From the NCBI GenBank assembly GCA_963724765.1, contig CAVRVY010000001.1:896001-960000 (forward strand): a stretch of DNA of 64,000 bases. The letters are read 5' to 3'. This document shows positions 59,452 through 64,000 of the stretch, in pieces. Within the stretch, counting starts at the first letter, position 1, and every line of letters starts with the position of its first letter. Origin of the DNA: an uncultured delta proteobacterium (lineage in GTDB: Bacteria > Desulfobacterota > Binatia > Binatales > Binataceae). A program made the translations under genes and the position numbers. The notes beneath the pieces are model-generated. The model was not told where the DNA came from. It searched no databases and worked only from the letters and a program-made list of their open reading frames with translations.

Positions 59452-60156
59452 TTATAAGCCTATTTGTGCGATTCCCTCGGAATTGCGATCGAACACACGA
59501 GCGACGGTCTTCGCCGATATCGCTTTTGCCTCGTTCCATTTCACCCCGAGCGCCCTGAGCACCAACCCGGACAGCGCCAATGCGAGCTTCCGCAGGGACT
59601 TCAATTCAGCCAGCTCTAACGCTCGGCCTATTCCCGCCTGCACGACGCCCACTATCAGCACTACAGCCGACGGCAGATCCGCGGTGGAAAAGCGTCCGAT
59701 GCGATAACCATGTTCCAAGTCCTTGCGCAGCCCCGGGTTTCCGGCCGCCTCGGCGCGGAGCCATTGCCCGTACATCTGCGCGACGACAGCGGCGCGGGTC
59801 GGCGCCGTTATCGCAGTGCGGAGAAAAACGCACATTCCGGCCGCGAGTCGTCCGGCAGGGTCGTCAATACCTGTCTGCGCAACTCCCACTTCGGCTTCGA
59901 TTTCCTGGCGAATCGTAGACGCTAGCTCTTTTGCTATTTGGTGCTTATCGTCGAAATAGTTGTAGAAAGTCCCTTTCGCCAGATCCGCCGTCTCGGTGAT
60001 TTCATCTATCGTCACACGCTCGAAGCCTTTCTCCGCGATGAGTTTCTCCACGGCATTTAACAACGCCTTTCGATTTCGAATCGTCCGTCTGTCGGATCGT
60101 TTCGGCTTCGCTTTCTTCACGCTCGCCGCTTCGGTGATTCCGGTTGATCTGTTCAT
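59452..60156 (-). CDS. TetR/AcrR family regulator
   Basis: KGFERVTIDEITETADLAKGTFYNYF.DK HTH. Confidence 0.92.
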   Translation of the reverse strand: MNRSTGITEAASVKKAKPKRSDRRTIRNRKALLNAVEKLIAEKGFERVTIDEITETADLAKGTFYNYFDDKHQIAKELASTIRQEIEAEVGVAQTGIDDPAGRLAAGMCVFLRTAITAPTRAAVVAQMYGQWLRAEAAGNPGLRKDLEHGYRIGRFSTADLPSAVVLIVGVVQAGIGRALELAELKSLRKLALALSGLVLRALGVKWNEAKAISAKTVARVFDRNSEGIAQIGL

Positions 60157-61114
60157 AAATGGTTTTGATAGTCGTTTTTATACCAGATAGTCATTGTGTG
60201 CAAGAGGACCGAGACTCCGTGTGGACGCGCGTTTCGAATAACCAGGAGTTGACGATGGAGACAGTTACGTTTGGTCACAAAATATCAGGGTGATCCTAAC
60301 GGCAAGGCTGATCGCAGGCGAGATCGCAACGAGCCGGGCCGGTTGGGCGCGGATCCCTTCCCTCAAATTAGGCCAGAAATAGGCGCTGTGCTTGCACTTG
60401 ATGACATTCAGCGGAGCTCCCGCGCCGCCGCCTTCTCCCTGTGATTCGCTCCTCTTGCTGGCTGCGACCGCGCCCCGACGGCAAGCTCATCATTCGTAGC
60501 GAAAATCCGAGCATGATCGTCAGTTGCAGGAATGAGATCCGCTCGGAAAGCCTAGGAACTCGCGTCGCGAGCGTAGCGAAGAGTCAAGATGGAAGGCGAG
60601 CCGATCTGCACGAGGTTCCCGACAGACTATGAAGGATTCGATGCAACAGAGAGATGCCGGATGAGTAGGCCGCCGGAAAGGCTAAAGAGTCAATGAAGAC
60701 TGGTTTCCCTCAGTTATTCTGCTTTTAGGTTAAGTTTTTTCAGCTTGCAGTCCAATTTTGTTTTCATAGCGCAGTTCTTCGAAATCATCCTTCACGCGCC
60801 CTGAAAGTGACTGAAAAACAAGGACACCTGCATGAACTTCGATCATCCAAGGTCCAGATTTTCGGCGGGCCCTACAGGTTGTTAATAATAGGTTTACTCG
60901 GTCTACTTATTTTTTTGCTATGTAATCAGCGCCTTGCGCGCGCGGATCAATTGTGCTTCCTTCCGTAGTCGCGATCATGCATAGTGCCGCGGCTTCGTTG
61001 AGCTTGCAGGTTTCCTCGGTTGCTGATTCCGAAAGCCTCGGCGACATTCTTAGACGCCGCATGGTAGCCGTGGCCCTGGTCGGCGCCCTCCTGCAGCACC
61101 TGGAAGATATCAGT

Positions 61115-61403
61115 AGGAGCTGGCGCGATTTGACACACCGTTGCGTGCAACGGAGACAGAAAACTCCTTCCTTTAGGCTGCTGGCAAGGCACCGCTCTTG
61201 CGTACGAGAGGACGAAGCTGGCGGAGACATGAGATCTAAAAAAATCAGGTTTGAGCTAACGGGAAATTTTGGATGGAATCATAGCGATGTCGAGAAAAGG
61301 GATCATTATCGCAATCGTTGCCCTCGCCCTCGCGGGAGGCGGCGCCGCCTGGCTTACTTTCCAAGCCCGCCCTACCGCCAGGTTTCGCCGGCGTCAACGG
61401 CCG
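61115..61403 (+). repeat. Diverged direct copy of 62540-62828 (promoter + hlyD 5' end, pseudogenised)
   Basis: Colinear match including GCTGGCGGAGACATGAGATC and GAAATTTTGGATGGAATCATAGCGATGTCGAGAAAAG; the copy has a frameshift after AWL and breaks off. Confidence 0.9.
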
Positions 61404-61765
61404 AGGAATGTGTAGGACTAAAGTCCGACTTGTACGAGCATAGAACTCTTGTCATCTGTCTCTAACAAACGGGCACGCGGTATTGACCCCACTGCAATCC
61501 CCGTCAGGCGAGCAGGGCCGGGTCGAGTAGATTATTGGATTCCCCCGTCCAAGACGAAGGCTCGGTTCTCTCGCCTCCTACATTTTTCGTTGGGGCCAAG
61601 TTGCTGATCAGCGTTTGGTCGCTGAGTGGAGGCAAGTCAACGATTTCAACAGCGGCCACCGCAAACCGGGGAGGCGTGCCTCACGCGCCAATAACTCAAA
61701 CGAAGGTCTCGACCGAGCGTAGGTGGACCTTCTTCGCTATAAGCGGTTCTGTTGTTTCGTAGGCG

Positions 61766-62485
61766 ATGCCAAAGCTTGGCGCAAATATCAGCATTCTCGC
61801 GGCAGCGCTGCTCGTATGCTCTTCCGCGATCGCTTCCGGGCCGCCGGCGAGAACAGCGGATAAGCTAGTATGCGATGTTGCCGCGGATATCGCACTGGAA
61901 GCCCAGGATTACCCAACCGCCATAGACCTGCATCGCAAACTTCTGCGGTTGGAGAAAAACAACGCGCTGGCGCATTATCATCTGGGTTTTGCGTACGGGA
62001 TGACAGGGAATGTATCTAAAGAAATCAGTGAGTACCGCACAGCCATCAATCTCGGGCTCAACGCGTGGGACCTTTTCTTGAACTTGGGACTTGCTTACTA
62101 CGACCAGCGCGATCTCCCTGGCGCAACGGCAGCTTTGGGGACCGCAGTATTACTCGGCCCGGAACACGCCGAGACTCATTTTAATCTGGCGGTGATCTAT
62201 GAAAAGGAGAACAGATTGCCGGAGGCGCTGCAGGAGATTACCGCAGCGTTGGTTCTAGAGCCAAAAGATATGGATGCAGCCAATACCCACGCGATCATCT
62301 ACGCGAGAATGGGAAATCTCGTGGGTGCTCGCGATATCTGGATACAGCTCGTCCAGACAGCGCCAGACTACGCTCCGGCTCGAAGTAATCTCGCTATTCT
62401 GAATCGGTCGTGCGGAGAAGATTGCACTTCATTCTCCTACTTACCTCAAAGAGAGATCCTGTCCGAGTCTGTGGACGAACATTAA
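61766..62485 (+). CDS. Exported tetratricopeptide-repeat protein
   Basis: Signal peptide; AHYHLGFAY, FLNLGLAY, THFNLAVIY, ARSNLA repeats. Confidence 0.88.
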   Translation: MPKLGANISILAAALLVCSSAIASGPPARTADKLVCDVAADIALEAQDYPTAIDLHRKLLRLEKNNALAHYHLGFAYGMTGNVSKEISEYRTAINLGLNAWDLFLNLGLAYYDQRDLPGATAALGTAVLLGPEHAETHFNLAVIYEKENRLPEALQEITAALVLEPKDMDAANTHAIIYARMGNLVGARDIWIQLVQTAPDYAPARSNLAILNRSCGEDCTSFSYLPQREILSESVDEH

Positions 62486-62611
62486 GCGGTCATCCACGGC
62501 CGCGAACAGAGCAAGGCGTGCGGATGCTCTCCCTCGTTCAGGAACTGGCGCGATTGGAGACACCGTTGTGTGCAGCGAAAACAGAGAACCCTTGCTTTGG
62601 GGTGTGTGGCA

Positions 62612-62627
62612 AGGCACGGCTCTTGCC
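62612..62627 (+). promoter_or_regulatory. Putative sigma54 promoter of hlyD-rbbA
   Basis: AGGCACGGCTCTTGCC (GG-N10-GC); retained as AGGCACCGCTCTTGCG at 61187-61202. Confidence 0.65.
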
Positions 62628-62708
62628 ATACGCGAAGGCTGGCGGAGACATGAGATCCAAAAACAAATGGGTTTGAGCTAACGAGAAATTTTGGATGGAA
62701 TCATAGCG

Positions 62709-63743
62709 ATGTCGAGAAAAGTGATCATTATCGCAATCGTTGCCCTCGCCCTGGCGGGAGGCGGCGTTGCCTGGCTGATACTTTCTAAGCCCGCCCTACC
62801 GCCGGGCTTTGCGGGCGCAAACGGTCGCCTCGAGGCGAAGCAGGTCGACGTCGCGACCAAGTACGAGGGTCGGATCGCCGAAGTTCTCGCCGATGAGGGG
62901 GATAACGTCGCCGAGGGCCAGGTCGTCGCGCGGATGGACACCGACGTGCTCGAAGCCCAGTTGCGGAACGCGCAGGCAAGGATTCGCGAGGCCGAGGATA
63001 ACAAGCGGACCGCGCAAGCCGACGTTGTCGTGAAGCAGGCCGAGTTTAACTACGCGAATAAGCAATACGTCCGATCTAAAGGGCTGGTCACGCGCGGCGC
63101 GGTCAGCCAGCAGGAACTCGATATCGACCAGGCTCATGCGGAAGCAAGCCGGGCGGCGTTGCTCGGCACGCAAGCCCAGGTAGTCCGTGCCCAATCCGCA
63201 ATTGACGCGGCAACGGCCGAAGCCGAACGCATCCAGGCCGAGATCAAGGACAGCGTGCTCAAATCACCGATTAAGGGGCGCGTCCAAAATCGACTGGCCG
63301 AGCCTGGCGAGGTCCTTCCAGCGGGTGGCAAAGTTTTCGCGCTGGTCGATCTGTCGAACGTTTATATGTACGTCTTCCTGCCGGAAACGGTGGCGGGCAA
63401 AATTGCCTTAGGCGCCGAGGCCAGGATTGTTTTGGACGCTTACCCTGACTATCCCGTCAGGGCGCTCGTGTCGTACGTTTCGCCCAGCGCACAATTCACG
63501 CCGAAGACCGTTGAGACGGCCGAAGAACGACATAATCTAACTTTCCGGGTCAAGCTGCAGCTTAACAAAGAACGTCTGCGACAATATGAACCTTTTGTTA
63601 AGGTCGGGATCCCAGGGATGGGCTACGTTCGGCTCGACGCCGGGGCGCAATGGCCGGCGTCGCTGGAGTTTCGCGGGGTTCCTTCGAACCTCGGGAACCC
63701 TACCGGCGCGGTCGGTAGCGCTGCCGACGGTTCCAACTCATGA
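62709..63743 (+). CDS. HlyD-family membrane fusion protein (YhiI-like)
   Basis: NGRLEA..VDVATK..GRI, EGD.V..GQ, AQFTPKTVET..ER..L.FRVK. Confidence 0.92.
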   Translation: MSRKVIIIAIVALALAGGGVAWLILSKPALPPGFAGANGRLEAKQVDVATKYEGRIAEVLADEGDNVAEGQVVARMDTDVLEAQLRNAQARIREAEDNKRTAQADVVVKQAEFNYANKQYVRSKGLVTRGAVSQQELDIDQAHAEASRAALLGTQAQVVRAQSAIDAATAEAERIQAEIKDSVLKSPIKGRVQNRLAEPGEVLPAGGKVFALVDLSNVYMYVFLPETVAGKIALGAEARIVLDAYPDYPVRALVSYVSPSAQFTPKTVETAEERHNLTFRVKLQLNKERLRQYEPFVKVGIPGMGYVRLDAGAQWPASLEFRGVPSNLGNPTGAVGSAADGSNS

Positions 63744-64000
63744 CCGACGTCATCCTCGAGCCGGTCGTTAGCGTCACTAACGTCAGCCAGCGTTACGGGG
63801 CTGCGATCGCCTTAGACGCGATCGACCTCAAGATTCCCGGCCAGAAAATGATCGGGCTGATCGGTCCCGACGGGGTTGGCAAGTCGACGCTGCTCGGCAT
63901 GATTGCCGGTGTCCGCAAGATCCAGCACGGCAGCGTGCGGGTTCTAGGCGGCGATATAGCTGACGCCAGCTTTCGCAATAAAGTGTCGTCCCGCATCGCC
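63740..64000 (+). CDS. rbbA: Ribosome-associated ATPase/ABC transporter RbbA (YhiH), partial
   Basis: Manual translation: ...GLIGPDGVGKSTLLGMIAGVRKIQHGSVRVLGGD; ATGA overlap with hlyD. Confidence 0.85.
   Translation, partial: MTDVILEPVVSVTNVSQRYGAAIALDAIDLKIPGQKMIGLIGPDGVGKSTLLGMIAGVRKIQHGSVRVLGGDIADASFRNKVSSRIA

Noticed and set aside
60160-61110. ~1-kb low-coding stretch examined for ncRNA, riboswitch or array
   Set aside because: Only scattered short inverted repeats and weak ORFs; nothing supportable without an Rfam/Infernal search.
1-64000. CRISPR array, cas genes, reverse transcriptase/retron/DGR, rRNA, IS transposase
   Set aside because: No regularly spaced repeats or diagnostic protein motifs seen by eye in the sequence or ORF track.

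Overview
GC-rich bacterial window with two parts. About 1-25.5 kb is intact metabolic 'core': a MetE-like methionine synthase, a small Zn-ribbon protein, AstA, an M20 hydrolase, UbiE/MenG and a hybrid histidine kinase. It continues with an aromatic catabolic locus (CnbZ-like deaminase, LLM monooxygenase, amidase, two-subunit hydroquinone 1,2-dioxygenase, semialdehyde dehydrogenase, 3-oxoadipate CoA-transferase, PcaF, no maleylacetate reductase), a PlcP/LpxH2-glycosyltransferase-GH1 operon and several oxidoreductases. About 26-64 kb is a patchy accessory region. It holds a damaged Fe-S/FAD/GlcG/AhpD/MBL/rhodanese operon and an orphan TadE-TadE-TadG cassette. It also holds a ~13.6-kb decayed MOBP/Trb integrative conjugative element, bounded by a degenerate tRNA-Leu 3' half and a related anticodon-arm-like site, with oriT, BrnTA, ArdC, a DUF499 remnant and a tyrosine integrase. 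Beyond that lie an MlaEFD-PqiC-glycine-zipper locus and a sigma54-type HlyD/RbbA operon whose promoter and 5' end are duplicated around a TPR gene. All calls come from motif recognition by eye; no searches were run. No intact tRNA, rRNA or CRISPR array was seen.
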